Shown piece after piece: positions 1 through 9,445 of a stretch of DNA of 52,278 bases. The DNA lies in assembly GCA_038279365.1 (NCBI GenBank), contig JAYODI010000006.1:86278-138555 (forward strand), written 5' to 3'. Positions within the stretch are counted from its first letter, which is position 1. The number at the start of each line of letters is the position of its first letter. Under the pieces are notes generated by a model. The model was not told where the DNA came from. It did no database searches and worked only from the letters and a program-made list of their open reading frames with translations. The DNA comes from Candidatus Latescibacterota bacterium (GTDB lineage Bacteria; Latescibacterota; UBA2968). The position numbers and the translations under genes were made by a program.

Positions 1-135
1 GGCGGGGGCGTCGTTTTTTCATTTGGCCCGTATCACATCAACCTTCGCGCCACCAAAATGACAGGCAAAGCAGAAGACAAAACAGTAACCCTTTCAGCAT
101 TTAACATACACGGTGCTTTTACGGCCGAGTTCTAA
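1..135 (+). CDS. 3' end of a gene entering the window; probable outer-membrane beta-barrel protein (partial)
   Basis: Frame 1 is open from base 1 to TAA at 133-135: GGGVVFSFGPYHINLRATKMTGKAEDKTVTLSAFNIHGAFTAEF*. It has alternating hydrophobic residues and a terminal Phe (beta-signal-like), and a hairpin terminator follows. Confidence 0.5.
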   Translation, partial: GGGVVFSFGPYHINLRATKMTGKAEDKTVTLSAFNIHGAFTAEF

Positions 136-180
136 ACAAAAAACATTTGATTAATTATGTTTACCGGAAGCATAAAGTCA

Positions 181-223
181 AAAAAGCAAACCCCAGCCTA
201 TTTTTGGGCTGGGGTTTATTTTT
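181..223. terminator. Bidirectional intrinsic terminator between convergent genes
   Basis: Inverted repeat AAACCCCAGCC ... GGCTGGGGTTT, flanked by an A-rich run on the left and a T-rich run on the right. Confidence 0.8.
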
Positions 224-234
224 GATTCACAACA

Positions 235-987
235 TCAATTGGCATAAGGCGTCGATGATTGCGGCGGAGGCGTCAACGCTTGACGAATCATTAAACCAAA
301 TGCCCGTGCAAAAATAATCATAATCAAAAACCAAAAAAACGAAGCAACAACAATGCCTACATGAGGCAAAAAACCAAGTATGAGATTCCCCATCATAGAC
401 ACACCAAACAAACCAAAACACGTTTGAATATATGCCCCAGAAACCACGCGCTTTAAATCGGCCCACAATGGACCTGGTTCAAAAGCTGCCCACAACCGAC
501 CTTCGGCAGCATAGCGGGTAAACACCACAGGAAAAAAGCCGTAAAAAAATATCATGGCCAATATAAGCAAAAAAGAAAGAGGGCCCGCACTTTCAGGGTC
601 ATCCATACTGGGTGTCCACCCCAATATAGAAATGAGAGCCCCCAAACCAAATGCAGCCAAAAAACAATATCCCACAGCAATCAAAAACAACCAAAAACCA
701 GCCAAGGCATAATCTCGCCAAGCAAACCAATCGTACAAAACAAGTTCTTCTGTGCCATTTAAGCCATCGATGAAGACCCGATATAAATACCCCCAAGCAA
801 TCAAAAACACGCCCAACCCCGCCAATGTGAATACCCCCCCCACAATGGGATCGACCATTCCCATCAGCATCGCGCTCAAAGCCAAGGTCGGCAACAAATT
901 CATAATGCCACCAGGCAATACCTTTTGCCACCATTTGGGTGTATTCAAAATTAATTTAAAGTGCTGAATTAAAAAAAGCCCCAGCAT
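235..987 (-). CDS. DUF4013-like multi-pass membrane protein
   Basis: Hydrophobic ORF with GYLYRV..G....L..W and PVVFTRYAAEGRLWAAF patterns typical of DUF4013. The ATG at 987 avoids overlap with the upstream CGS gene; the track start at 1179 overlaps it. Confidence 0.65.
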   Translation of the reverse strand: MLGLFLIQHFKLILNTPKWWQKVLPGGIMNLLPTLALSAMLMGMVDPIVGGVFTLAGLGVFLIAWGYLYRVFIDGLNGTEELVLYDWFAWRDYALAGFWLFLIAVGYCFLAAFGLGALISILGWTPSMDDPESAGPLSFLLILAMIFFYGFFPVVFTRYAAEGRLWAAFEPGPLWADLKRVVSGAYIQTCFGLFGVSMMGNLILGFLPHVGIVVASFFWFLIMIIFARAFGLMIRQALTPPPQSSTPYAN

Positions 988-1000
988 AAACCATCCTGTC

Positions 1001-2188
1001 TTAAGCCAATGCCTGTGCAAAATCTGCGAGAATATCTTCGGTGTCTTCAATGCCAACCGCCACCCGCACAAGTTCATCTGCAATGCCAATGGCCAACCGA
1101 TCTTCCCGATCCAATTCATAATAAGAAATAGACGCCGGGTGAGACACAATACTCTCAACCCCACCCAAACTGGCGCCAATACACGGAATTTTTAAACGGT
1201 CAATAAACGCCAAAGTACCCGCTTGATCGGTGTCCAGGTCAAAACTCACCACACCACCAAACCCACGCATTTGGGCCTTTGCAATTTCATAATGTGGGTG
1301 CGTCTCCAAACCAGGGTAATAAACGCGTTTTATTTTGGGATGCCCATCTAAAAATTGTGCCAAAGCCAAAGTCGTTTCATTGTGGCGTTGCATCCGCAAA
1401 GGGAATGTCTTCAAACCACGAATCAGCAAATATGCACAATGCGGATCGACCACACCGCCCAAAATACCCCGATAATCCCGAATGGCTCCAACCAAAAGCT
1501 CGCTACCGGCTATCACACCTGCCATCAAATCGTTGTGTCCACCAAAATATTTGGTGGCACTGTGAATTACCAGATCAATGCCAAACTCTAATGGACGCTG
1601 ATTAAACGGCGTTGCAAAAGTGCTATCAATAATGGTCTTAACACGATGTTTTTTGGCAATAGCAACCACACGTTCCAAATCAATCACATTGAGATGTGGA
1701 TTGGTTGGCGATTCAGAAACCAACACCCGCGTATTGTCTTGGATAGCACATTCAAGGGCTTCATAATCACCCGCATGGACGAAGGTTGTTTCGATACCAA
1801 ATTTGCGCAAAACCATTTTGCAAAATTGCGCCGTTTTACGATAACAATCATCCATCATCACAACATGTTGCCCAGTAGAAAGCATGGCCAATAATGCTGT
1901 GGTCACTGCCCCCATACCCGACGAAAACAATATCGCGGCTTCGGCGCCTTCTATTTCTGCCAATTTTTTTTCAGCTATATGTTGGGTCGGATTGCCATAT
2001 CGGCCATAATCAATCTGGGGATTTTCCCCTCCCACAAAGTCCAGAACGGCTTGGGTGTTTTCAAAAACATAGGTCGAAGTTTGGGCAATGGGTACCGTTA
2101 ATGAATTTTTCCAATGCCCTTTTTCTTCTCCACCGTGAATGGCACGGGTAGATGTACACACCACATCACGCGCTTGATCTTCGGACAT
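1001..2188 (-). CDS. metB: Cystathionine gamma-synthase, plant-type (Cys/Met metabolism PLP enzyme)
   Basis: Motifs YGRYGNPT, SSGMGA, DCYRKT, ESPTNP, DSTFATP, HSATKYFGGHND (PLP Lys) and SLGGVES. RBS GAGGAG upstream; preceded by a SAM riboswitch. Confidence 0.85.
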   Translation of the reverse strand: MSEDQARDVVCTSTRAIHGGEEKGHWKNSLTVPIAQTSTYVFENTQAVLDFVGGENPQIDYGRYGNPTQHIAEKKLAEIEGAEAAILFSSGMGAVTTALLAMLSTGQHVVMMDDCYRKTAQFCKMVLRKFGIETTFVHAGDYEALECAIQDNTRVLVSESPTNPHLNVIDLERVVAIAKKHRVKTIIDSTFATPFNQRPLEFGIDLVIHSATKYFGGHNDLMAGVIAGSELLVGAIRDYRGILGGVVDPHCAYLLIRGLKTFPLRMQRHNETTLALAQFLDGHPKIKRVYYPGLETHPHYEIAKAQMRGFGGVVSFDLDTDQAGTLAFIDRLKIPCIGASLGGVESIVSHPASISYYELDREDRLAIGIADELVRVAVGIEDTEDILADFAQALA

Positions 2189-2207
2189 ACTCTACATCTC
2201 CTCATAC

Positions 2208-2239
2208 AAAAAACGGGACTGCCGCTAAGCAAGTCCCGT
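2208..2239 (-). terminator. Second terminator-like hairpin in the metB leader
   Basis: Minus strand ACGGGAC-T-TGC-TTAGCG-GCA-GTCCCGT followed by a T run, just upstream of the RBS. Confidence 0.65.
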
Positions 2240-2248
2240 ATCATACGC

Positions 2249-2275
2249 AAAAAAACCGGTCTAAAAAGCCCGGTG
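2249..2275 (-). terminator. Riboswitch-associated intrinsic terminator
   Basis: Minus strand ACCGGGCT-TTTT-AGACCGGT followed by a T run, directly after the aptamer. Confidence 0.7.
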
Positions 2276-2276
2276 A

Positions 2277-2330
2277 CTTTTTAGCGACTTGTTTAGAGTG
2301 GCTGCAATATGACGCAAATCACCACTTCCC
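2277..2330 (-). ncRNA. SAM-II (SAM_alpha-type) riboswitch aptamer
   Basis: Minus strand GGAAGTGGTGATTTGCGTCATATTGCAGCCACTCTAAACAAGTCGCTAAAAAG matches the SAM-II pattern GTGGTGATTTG...TTGCAGCCAC..TAAACAA.TCGCTAAA. P1 is AGTGG/CCACT. It lies upstream of a methionine biosynthesis gene. Confidence 0.88.
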
Positions 2331-2364
2331 GATCAATGTTGTAACCCAATGTAACCAAAAGGTC

Positions 2365-3726
2365 TTAGCCTGTCAACTCTTGGTTCTTTTCAATGGCGCG
2401 AAAGATCGCATCGCGCACAAAATCTGCTTTGGGCGGCAAAACCACAGGCTCATTACGCAAATGAGCAGAAACCCCATGTGCTTTGAGAGTATCCTGGTGA
2501 TAACCCAATTTAAATTCTGTAAATTTCAACCCATGGGCCGTTGAAATGACAACAACACGATCGCGCTTTTTAATCACACCCCGATCGACCAATTTAAATA
2601 ATGCTGCAAAAGCTACGCCCGTATGTGGGCAAGTAAACAACCCTGTACGATCTGCACGCGCTGCGGCATCGGCCAATTCTTGTTCGGTTGCCTGCTCCAC
2701 AATACCGCCAAAAGACTTGAGTGTATCAATCGCTTTTTCGCGACTTACAGGATTTCCTATTTGAATGGCATTGGCCAATGTGGGCTTGGCTGGAACTGCT
2801 TCAAAGCTGTCAAAATTTTTCATATAGCTTTGATACAACGGATTGGCCTGAGCACTTTGTGCAACCACAATACGCGGCATTTTGTCAATGAGCCCTATAG
2901 CCTGCATTTCGCGAAATCCCTTGCCCAGTGCGCTTACATTGCCCAAGTTGCCACCAGGTATCACAATCCAGTCGGGCACTTCCCAATCAAACTGTTGTAC
3001 CAATTCAAAGCTGATCGTCTTTTGGCCTTCAACCCGCAAAGAGTTCATAGAATTGGCCAAATAAATATTCTCTTTCAAACAAATTTCCTGCACCAATGTC
3101 ATACACCCATCAAAATCCGTTTCCAAACTCAAAACCAACGCCCCATTTGCCAAAGGTTGAAGCAATTGTGCGGTCGAAATCTTATCCTTTGGCAAAAACA
3201 CAATCGATTGAATACCCGCCGCTGCAGCATAAGCCGCCAAAGCTGCAGACGTATCCCCTGTGGACGCACACGCCACAGCCGGAACCTGTTGGCCATTGGC
3301 AATCATCTGCTTGACCATAGACACCAAAACGGTCATGCCCAAATCTTTAAAAGAACCTGTATGACTGTTGCCACACTGCTTCACCCAAAGTTCATCCACC
3401 CCAATTTCTTTGCCCAAGCGATCTGCCCAAAAAAGATTGCTCCCCCCCTCAAACATTGACACCACATTGGCATTGTCTACCGTTGGGCAAACCAACTCCT
3501 TTTTCCCCCACACAGAGCTGCCATAAGGCCACTCTGTACGCATATAGCGTTGATCAAACAGGTCACGCCAAGCATCTGCCGAACGTGTCTTGAGTGCTTC
3601 AATATCGTGCGCAACTTCCAACAACCCGCCACATGTTGGGCACTCATAAATCACATCGGTGAGCGGATACTTGCCTTCACACCCTCGAAAGCAACGAAAC
3701 CAAGATTGAAACTGTGCGTCACCCAT
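2365..3726 (-). CDS. thrC: Threonine synthase, plant-like class
   Basis: Motifs [11 protein letters not shown] (PLP Lys), [24 protein letters not shown] and STAHGLKF; N-terminal [18 protein letters not shown] as in plant threonine synthases. Confidence 0.93.
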   Translation of the reverse strand: MGDAQFQSWFRCFRGCEGKYPLTDVIYECPTCGGLLEVAHDIEALKTRSADAWRDLFDQRYMRTEWPYGSSVWGKKELVCPTVDNANVVSMFEGGSNLFWADRLGKEIGVDELWVKQCGNSHTGSFKDLGMTVLVSMVKQMIANGQQVPAVACASTGDTSAALAAYAAAAGIQSIVFLPKDKISTAQLLQPLANGALVLSLETDFDGCMTLVQEICLKENIYLANSMNSLRVEGQKTISFELVQQFDWEVPDWIVIPGGNLGNVSALGKGFREMQAIGLIDKMPRIVVAQSAQANPLYQSYMKNFDSFEAVPAKPTLANAIQIGNPVSREKAIDTLKSFGGIVEQATEQELADAAARADRTGLFTCPHTGVAFAALFKLVDRGVIKKRDRVVVISTAHGLKFTEFKLGYHQDTLKAHGVSAHLRNEPVVLPPKADFVRDAIFRAIEKNQELTG

Positions 3727-3815
3727 ACGTAAATCCTTCGATCAAATTTTAATTATCGTTCAAGATCACCAAAAGTTACAACGCTTTAATATAAACCTTC
3801 TCTTCCATCGGGCAA

Positions 3816-3836
3816 ATAAAAAAGCCCTCATCGGGC
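3816..3836 (-). terminator. Weak terminator after the bat operon
   Basis: Minus strand GCCC-GATGA-GGGC followed by TTTTTT; short stem. Confidence 0.4.
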
Positions 3837-3874
3837 ATTTTCAAATCCAACGTTCATCTTCTTAAAAACAACCG

Positions 3875-4636
3875 TTATATGATTCCTAACGCATCACGCT
3901 TCACCCACCCGCCCACACCATTAGACAAGCGCACCAAAAACCAATTTCCTTCTGTGCGTTCCACAAATACTTTGGTGCCTTCATGTAAAACAAAAACCTG
4001 CAAAAAATCATCTCCAGGCCCGCTGCGTCCAAAAGCCTCATCGTTCAAAACAATGGCCTTCTCTTCACCGCGTTGTTGCACTTTAAGGACCAACAAACCA
4101 CCACTGCCAACAAGCCCCACCCCCAACACCACCAACAAAACCATCCAAATAACACGCCTGAATGGAAAAAACAACCACCCAACCAAACCACCCGCTATTC
4201 CAAATACAAAAAAACACAAAAACACAGATAATGTATTGATGCTCCACAAATGATAAATCCAAAGCAAGATGCGTGTCAAAAAATTGGGATCTTCGCTTGT
4301 TTCTTTATCCACCCGACGTGCATTGGCAAACCTCAAATTGGCCAGTATATCTTCATCATTGGGCATCAACCTTAACGCACGTTCATAGGCCAAAATAGCG
4401 TGTCCTAACTGCTCATTTTTATAATAAGCATTGCCCAAGTTATAATACACTTCTCCATTTTGAAGCCCTTGACCAATCACTTGTTCATAAGCAGAAATAG
4501 CCTGTTCATAGTCGCCATTGCGATAATGAACATTACCTTGATTATATAATCCCACCAAACCTTCTGTCGCATCCGTTACAGTGCTCACAGCAAGCAACAT
4601 CAAAACTACAAAACGTAACATTCTCAACCCCGGCAT
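3875..4636 (-). CDS. batE: BatE-like protein (TPR repeats, TM helices, C-terminal SH3-like domain)
   Basis: TPR motifs YYNLGNAYYK and AILAYERAL, two TM helices, and LHEGTKV...W..VRL..G..GWV; last gene of the bat cluster. Confidence 0.85.
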   Translation of the reverse strand: MPGLRMLRFVVLMLLAVSTVTDATEGLVGLYNQGNVHYRNGDYEQAISAYEQVIGQGLQNGEVYYNLGNAYYKNEQLGHAILAYERALRLMPNDEDILANLRFANARRVDKETSEDPNFLTRILLWIYHLWSINTLSVFLCFFVFGIAGGLVGWLFFPFRRVIWMVLLVVLGVGLVGSGGLLVLKVQQRGEEKAIVLNDEAFGRSGPGDDFLQVFVLHEGTKVFVERTEGNWFLVRLSNGVGGWVKRDALGII

Positions 4637-6498
4637 TATATCTCACGCTCCAAATAATCAATCACCTCGACTGCTTTTTCATACAATGCTTTTACTTGCT
4701 GAGCATTCATTTGCCCGGGTGCAAAACGGGCCATATCACATTGTTGAAAAATATGACGTACCTGAACAATGTATTCCTCATCAATGTTTTTATCTTTTAA
4801 TATCTTGCAGGCCTCTTCGGCAGTCATACCTGCGGCAGATCGGTTCAAACGATCGGCCAAAAATTGTGCCACAGACCGATGCAGTTCCGCATGGAAAGCG
4901 GCGCGATCTCCGCCATCCATCAATAGCGAAGCCTCCCCCAATCGTTTTCGAGCTTCAGAGTGTGCGCGACGCCTTCGGGCATAGGCCACATCTCCTTCCA
5001 GCCGCTCTTGGTGTTTGCGATACACATATGCAACCACCACACCCACAACGGGCAGAAATTGCAACAGCCAATAACTGCCACGCTGATACAACAACTGGCT
5101 GTGATCAACCAACTGTTCTCTGTCTGGCTTAATATACCGAATATCTTGCCCCAAAAGCCGAACTTCTTCGCGATTTGCAATCACTTCTGGTTGTGACAAA
5201 TTCCGATTGGGCGTTACGGTAAGTGCAATGGGGCGCGAGGCAACGGTTTCATAACGTTCCTGAACGGGATCAAAAAAGACCAGTTTAAAGGGCGGCAATT
5301 CGACATCCCCTGATTTTTCTGGAATCATCACATATTCAAACGTTTTTTTTCCGCCATAACGCCCACCTTGCACATCGGCCTCTAAAGTCGTCTTGGGGTC
5401 ATAAAAACGAAATTGAGGATCATTTGGACGAACAGGTTCTAATATGGCCTGCAAATTCCCAACACCAACCACATTGACTTTAACAGAAACAGGATCTCCT
5501 GCAAGCACAGCATTTGGCGTTGCATCAACCGTGATATCAAACCGACCTACGACACCCGAAAAACCCTGTGGTGCTCCCGTAGGCAAAGGTTTAACTTCCA
5601 CGGAAATGTCTTCAGATCGCACAGTGACTTGCTGTGTGCGAAAAGGGTCAAACGAATCAAATGGATCAAAACCAAATAAACTTCTCGACCGTGTACGCAT
5701 GGGTATATCACAAACAACTTCCAACTGATCCAATTGGTGGGTACCCCGTGTGGTCGGGAACAAAGCCAACCGTTTCAATTCTGAAACATTATAAGCCCGC
5801 CCATCAACCACTTCACGTTTGAGATCTAAGCGTTTTGCATCAAAAATAGTTTCTGCCCAAAAACCGGTAAATGTGGGTATTTGACCATAATGCACATTGT
5901 TCAAGTCATAACGCGTGTAGAGTTTATACGTAATTCCCACCTGTTCACCCACATAAACCGACTGCTTATCTGGCACAGCCTGCAAAAACAAATTATCTTG
6001 AATTTCCTGAATCTGCTCTGTGCTCAAAGACTGTCCCGGTGAAGGGGTCGGTCGCGTTTGTGCTTGCCCTGTGGCTTTGATCACTTCAATACGTAAAGAA
6101 GACGACTGATAGGTTTTTCCTTCATGTATGACCCTAGCTGGCCCCAAAACAAAAGACCCTTCTTTTTCGGTGCGAAAAGAAAAGGCATACGTCGTTGTTC
6201 GGGTCGTTGACATCGCACCATTCACAATACTGATGGAGGTAGATGTAGAAGACGTGCTACCTACCAATTGTAGGCCATTGGGCGATGGCACTTCGGGTGC
6301 GGGCAAGCCACTTATCTGTTGTGCTTCCACCGACACCGTAAATTGAACAATCTCACCCACCTCAACACGCGAACGATCAACCGATGCATCCATGGATACC
6401 TGTGCCTGAATATTTTGCACCGCAAACAGTACCAAGCACAAACTCAGCATCCAATATTTATTTACAATATCCATCTCGTTACCAATTTTAAAGGCCAT
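4636..6498 (-). CDS. batD: BatD oxygen-tolerance protein (Ig-like BatD repeats plus C-terminal TM)
   Basis: Signal peptide, STSISIVNG, VYVGEQV..TYKLY, GFWAE, FSGVVGRF, DIRYIK and CDMARFAP. The start may be the downstream ATG (MDIV). Confidence 0.88.
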   Translation of the reverse strand: MAFKIGNEMDIVNKYWMLSLCLVLFAVQNIQAQVSMDASVDRSRVEVGEIVQFTVSVEAQQISGLPAPEVPSPNGLQLVGSTSSTSTSISIVNGAMSTTRTTTYAFSFRTEKEGSFVLGPARVIHEGKTYQSSSLRIEVIKATGQAQTRPTPSPGQSLSTEQIQEIQDNLFLQAVPDKQSVYVGEQVGITYKLYTRYDLNNVHYGQIPTFTGFWAETIFDAKRLDLKREVVDGRAYNVSELKRLALFPTTRGTHQLDQLEVVCDIPMRTRSRSLFGFDPFDSFDPFRTQQVTVRSEDISVEVKPLPTGAPQGFSGVVGRFDITVDATPNAVLAGDPVSVKVNVVGVGNLQAILEPVRPNDPQFRFYDPKTTLEADVQGGRYGGKKTFEYVMIPEKSGDVELPPFKLVFFDPVQERYETVASRPIALTVTPNRNLSQPEVIANREEVRLLGQDIRYIKPDREQLVDHSQLLYQRGSYWLLQFLPVVGVVVAYVYRKHQERLEGDVAYARRRRAHSEARKRLGEASLLMDGGDRAAFHAELHRSVAQFLADRLNRSAAGMTAEEACKILKDKNIDEEYIVQVRHIFQQCDMARFAPGQMNAQQVKALYEKAVEVIDYLEREI

Positions 6499-6527
6499 TT
6501 AATACGTATCTTGTTTATCCCCAAAAG

Positions 6528-7385
6528 CTACCACGCATTGCCATTATAACGCCGTCCAGAAACCTTTATTTTACGTCGTTTTTGCGATGCTTCATCTCGG
6601 TCTTTCATTGCATCTAAAATACGCGCCGCTTCTTCTTGTGTCAATTCCCCAGGCTGTCCTTGGGCTTGCTGTGGATTCTGCTGATCGGCATTTGGGTCTT
6701 GCTTGTCCTGATTCTGTTGACCGTCCTTAGTCTGATCTTGATCTTGTTGTTGCTTTTGTTCCTGATCCTGCTGGTCTTGGTCTTCTTTATTACCCTGATC
6801 TTGTTTTTCCTGCTGGTCTTGATCCTGTTGTTGTTCTTGATCTTTGTTTTCTTGATTTTGGTCTTGTTGTTTATCTTGGTCCTGGTTCCCTTGTTTGTCT
6901 TGATTCTGATCTTGTTTATTGTCTTGGTTCTTGTCTTGGTTTTGCTGTTGCTGTTGCATTTTTTCCAATGCCAATTCCAAATTGACTTTGGCATCTTGAT
7001 CTTTGGGGTTTTTCATCAACGACTTTTTATAGGCACCAACGGCTTCTTGGTATTTTTCTTGCCTGAAAAACGCATTGCCCAAATTATAATACGCCTCAGC
7101 ACTTAAGCTCTGATTGTCAGATTCAACCACACGCCCCAACTCCTGTGCGGCTTCTTCATATTTGCCCTGCTTATACAATGCGTCACCCACATTAAAGCGC
7201 AGTTCCGAGCGACTGGGCGCATTTTGTTGGGCTTCCAAATACCGCTTCAATGCCGCATCATATTCGCCCTTGCCAAACAAATCATTGCCTTCTTGGTTTT
7301 TCTTTGCAACGGGGTCTAAAAATGTAAATCCCCAAAAAGGCAATAACAAAATCACCATTAAAAGCCGCACTAAAAAATTCCGCAT
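6528..7385 (-). CDS. batC: BatC-like TPR protein with Q/D/N/K-rich linker
   Basis: TPRs (YYNLGNAFFRQEKYQEAVGAYKKSL, AKVNLELA), low-complexity linker, LTQEEAARILDAM and C-terminal W. The ATG at 7385 has an AGGA upstream. Confidence 0.85.
   Translation of the reverse strand: MRNFLVRLLMVILLLPFWGFTFLDPVAKKNQEGNDLFGKGEYDAALKRYLEAQQNAPSRSELRFNVGDALYKQGKYEEAAQELGRVVESDNQSLSAEAYYNLGNAFFRQEKYQEAVGAYKKSLMKNPKDQDAKVNLELALEKMQQQQQNQDKNQDNKQDQNQDKQGNQDQDKQQDQNQENKDQEQQQDQDQQEKQDQGNKEDQDQQDQEQKQQQDQDQTKDGQQNQDKQDPNADQQNPQQAQGQPGELTQEEAARILDAMKDRDEASQKRRKIKVSGRRYNGNAW
6660..6960 (-). repeat. Low-complexity coding repeat (Q-D-K-N) in batC
   Basis: Degenerate tcttg/tgatc units on the + strand encode QDQDKQQDQNQ-like repeats. 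Confidence 0.8.
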
Positions 7386-7420
7386 CACCCTATTCCTTAT
7401 CGTTGTCAACACAGGACACA

Positions 7421-8446
7421 CTACTGTTCAAACCGCCCACGCCACTCTTCTTTTTCTCTTCGCCGATCCGACAACAGCGCTTCGCCCAAAAAACAAATAA
7501 GAGCAAGCCCCAATGGCCACTGAAAACGATGTTTATATTGTGAATATTTGCGTGATCCCAAATCTCTCTTCTCCATTTGAGAAATTTGCTCATACACGGC
7601 TTGAAGGCCAATGCCCCCCCCACCCGCACGCACATATAACCCACCAGACTCTTCGGCAATGGCACGCAATGTCGCTTCATCTAAGCGGGTCTTAACGATA
7701 TTCCCCGCTTCATCTTTTAAGTAATCGACCCGATCCCCTTCACGTATCGGTATCAGCTCTCCATCAGGTGTACCAACCCCTACCACAAAAATGCGAACGC
7801 CTACTTTGGCGGCTTCCTGAGCGACAGCAATAGGATCGTCCACGTGGTTTTCACCATCTGTAATTAAGATCAGTGCTTGGTATTTTCCTTCCGACGAACC
7901 AAAGGCCCGAATGCTATTGCGCATCGCATCAGCCAAAGCCGTTCCTTGAACCGGAATCAAATCTGTTGTTGCCGAATCGAGAAACAATTTGGCAGCACCA
8001 TAATCTAAAGTGAGCGGGCACAAAACATGGCTGCGCCCTGCAAATGCAATAAGACCAACCCGATCACCCTCTAACCGATCAATTAAATCTGCAATCTCAT
8101 ACCGTGCACGCGTTAAACGGTTAGGCCGAATATCTTCGGCCAGCATGCTCAAAGACGTATCTAAGGCAATAACCAAATCCACCCCTCGACGCTGTATCAA
8201 TTCCATTTGTGTGCCAAATTGTGGTTGCACCAATGCCAAAACAAGAAACAAAAAACCAGCAACCACCAATCCAGCCTTTGTCCACTGCCGTCCTAAGCTG
8301 GCCATATGGGTCAACTTGGCCACCAGCACAGGGTTACCAAATGAGGCCAATGCACGTTTTTTACGCCTAAAACCCCATATGTAAAACAACACCAATATGG
8401 GCACAAAAATCAAAAACCAAAAAGCAAATGGATCACCAAATCGCAT
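7421..8446 (-). CDS. batB: BatB vWA-domain membrane protein
   Basis: MIDAS DTSLSM, PNRL, DRVGLIAFAG, CPLTLDY, QGTAL and ITDGENH. Confidence 0.88.
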   Translation of the reverse strand: MRFGDPFAFWFLIFVPILVLFYIWGFRRKKRALASFGNPVLVAKLTHMASLGRQWTKAGLVVAGFLFLVLALVQPQFGTQMELIQRRGVDLVIALDTSLSMLAEDIRPNRLTRARYEIADLIDRLEGDRVGLIAFAGRSHVLCPLTLDYGAAKLFLDSATTDLIPVQGTALADAMRNSIRAFGSSEGKYQALILITDGENHVDDPIAVAQEAAKVGVRIFVVGVGTPDGELIPIREGDRVDYLKDEAGNIVKTRLDEATLRAIAEESGGLYVRAGGGGIGLQAVYEQISQMEKRDLGSRKYSQYKHRFQWPLGLALICFLGEALLSDRRREKEEWRGRFEQ

Positions 8447-9445
8447 TTAGGGCAACCTCCGAAAACGCGTGGTGGCCAACACAACCTCAAGCATTAAAAA
8501 AAACAAACCTGGCCACAAAAATTTCTCAAACAGTTCTTGATAATCCACATATTCGCGTACTTTGATTTCCGTCTTCTCCATGTCACCAATTTCTGCATAA
8601 ATCGATTCTAATTTTTCTGCACTTGTCGCACGAAAATATTTTCCACCCGTAATATCGGCCACCTCTTTTAACGTCTCTTCATCAATTTCTACTTTAACAG
8701 GTACAAATCGTTTTCCAAAAATGGTACTTTGTTCTTGCATAATGGTGCCTTCACTGCCTGCACCGATGGTATAAATACGCACCCCAACGGCCTTGGCTGC
8801 TTTGGCCGCTGTCATAGGGTCAATTTCACCCCGATTATTTTTGCCATCTGTCAACAAGATGATCACTTTGCTTTGTGCCTCAGACTCACGCAAGCGGTTC
8901 ACTGCTGTTGCAATGCCCAAACCAATGGCTGTGCCATCCCAATCGCCTTCGGCAATCTCAACACCATCCAAAAACCCCTTAAACACATCATAATCCAAAG
9001 TCAATGGGCATTGTGTATAACTTTCCCCCGCAAAGACCACCAAACCCAATCGGTCATTTGCTCGCCCCCCCACAAATTCGGCAACCACATCTTTAGATAC
9101 GGCCAAGCGCGTTCTGCGCTGGTTGGCCAAATCTTTGGCCTCCATACTGCTCGACACATCCAAGGCCAACACAATATCAATGCCTTGGCTTAAAATCTCA
9201 CGGCCTTCACGGCCCGATTGGGGGCGCGCCATTGCCACAATCAACAACACCAACCCCAAACAACGAAACACCATCAAACTATGTCGCAATTTTAAAGAAA
9301 GGGATGGGCCAATCTGTTTAAATGCACCAATACCCGAAAACCGAATGCGCCCTCTTTTTTGTCGTTCTTGGTAAATATAACGATAAACCAACACGGGAAT
9401 AATTAGCAGCAACACCAACCACTCTGGGTCTTGAAATCGAATCAT
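8447..9445 (-). CDS. batA: BatA vWA-domain membrane protein
   Basis: ARPQ, MIDAS DVSSSM, QCPLTLDY, DGTAIG, LLTDGKNN and TGGKYFRA. Confidence 0.9.
   Translation of the reverse strand: MIRFQDPEWLVLLLIIPVLVYRYIYQERQKRGRIRFSGIGAFKQIGPSLSLKLRHSLMVFRCLGLVLLIVAMARPQSGREGREILSQGIDIVLALDVSSSMEAKDLANQRRTRLAVSKDVVAEFVGGRANDRLGLVVFAGESYTQCPLTLDYDVFKGFLDGVEIAEGDWDGTAIGLGIATAVNRLRESEAQSKVIILLTDGKNNRGEIDPMTAAKAAKAVGVRIYTIGAGSEGTIMQEQSTIFGKRFVPVKVEIDEETLKEVADITGGKYFRATSAEKLESIYAEIGDMEKTEIKVREYVDYQELFEKFLWPGLFFLMLEVVLATTRFRRLP

Noticed and set aside
2152-2544. 130-aa plus-strand ORF across the thrC-metB gap
   Set aside because: It overlaps both genes in antisense, and the region is explained by the riboswitch and terminators.
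2623-3459. 278-aa plus-strand ORF
   Set aside because: Entirely antisense to a well-supported thrC and has no recognisable motifs. The same applies to the many other antisense ORFs in the track.
3806-3837. CATCGGGCA direct repeat upstream of thrC as an operator
   Set aside because: Only 9 bp and two copies, one of which is part of a terminator-like hairpin; insufficient support.
6636-7106. Plus-strand 156-aa hydrophobic ORF, alternate-frame 117-aa K/I/N-rich ORF, and repeat-like DNA
   Set aside because: These are shadows of the Q/D/N/K low-complexity linker of batC. There is no constant repeat with unique spacers, so it is not a CRISPR array.
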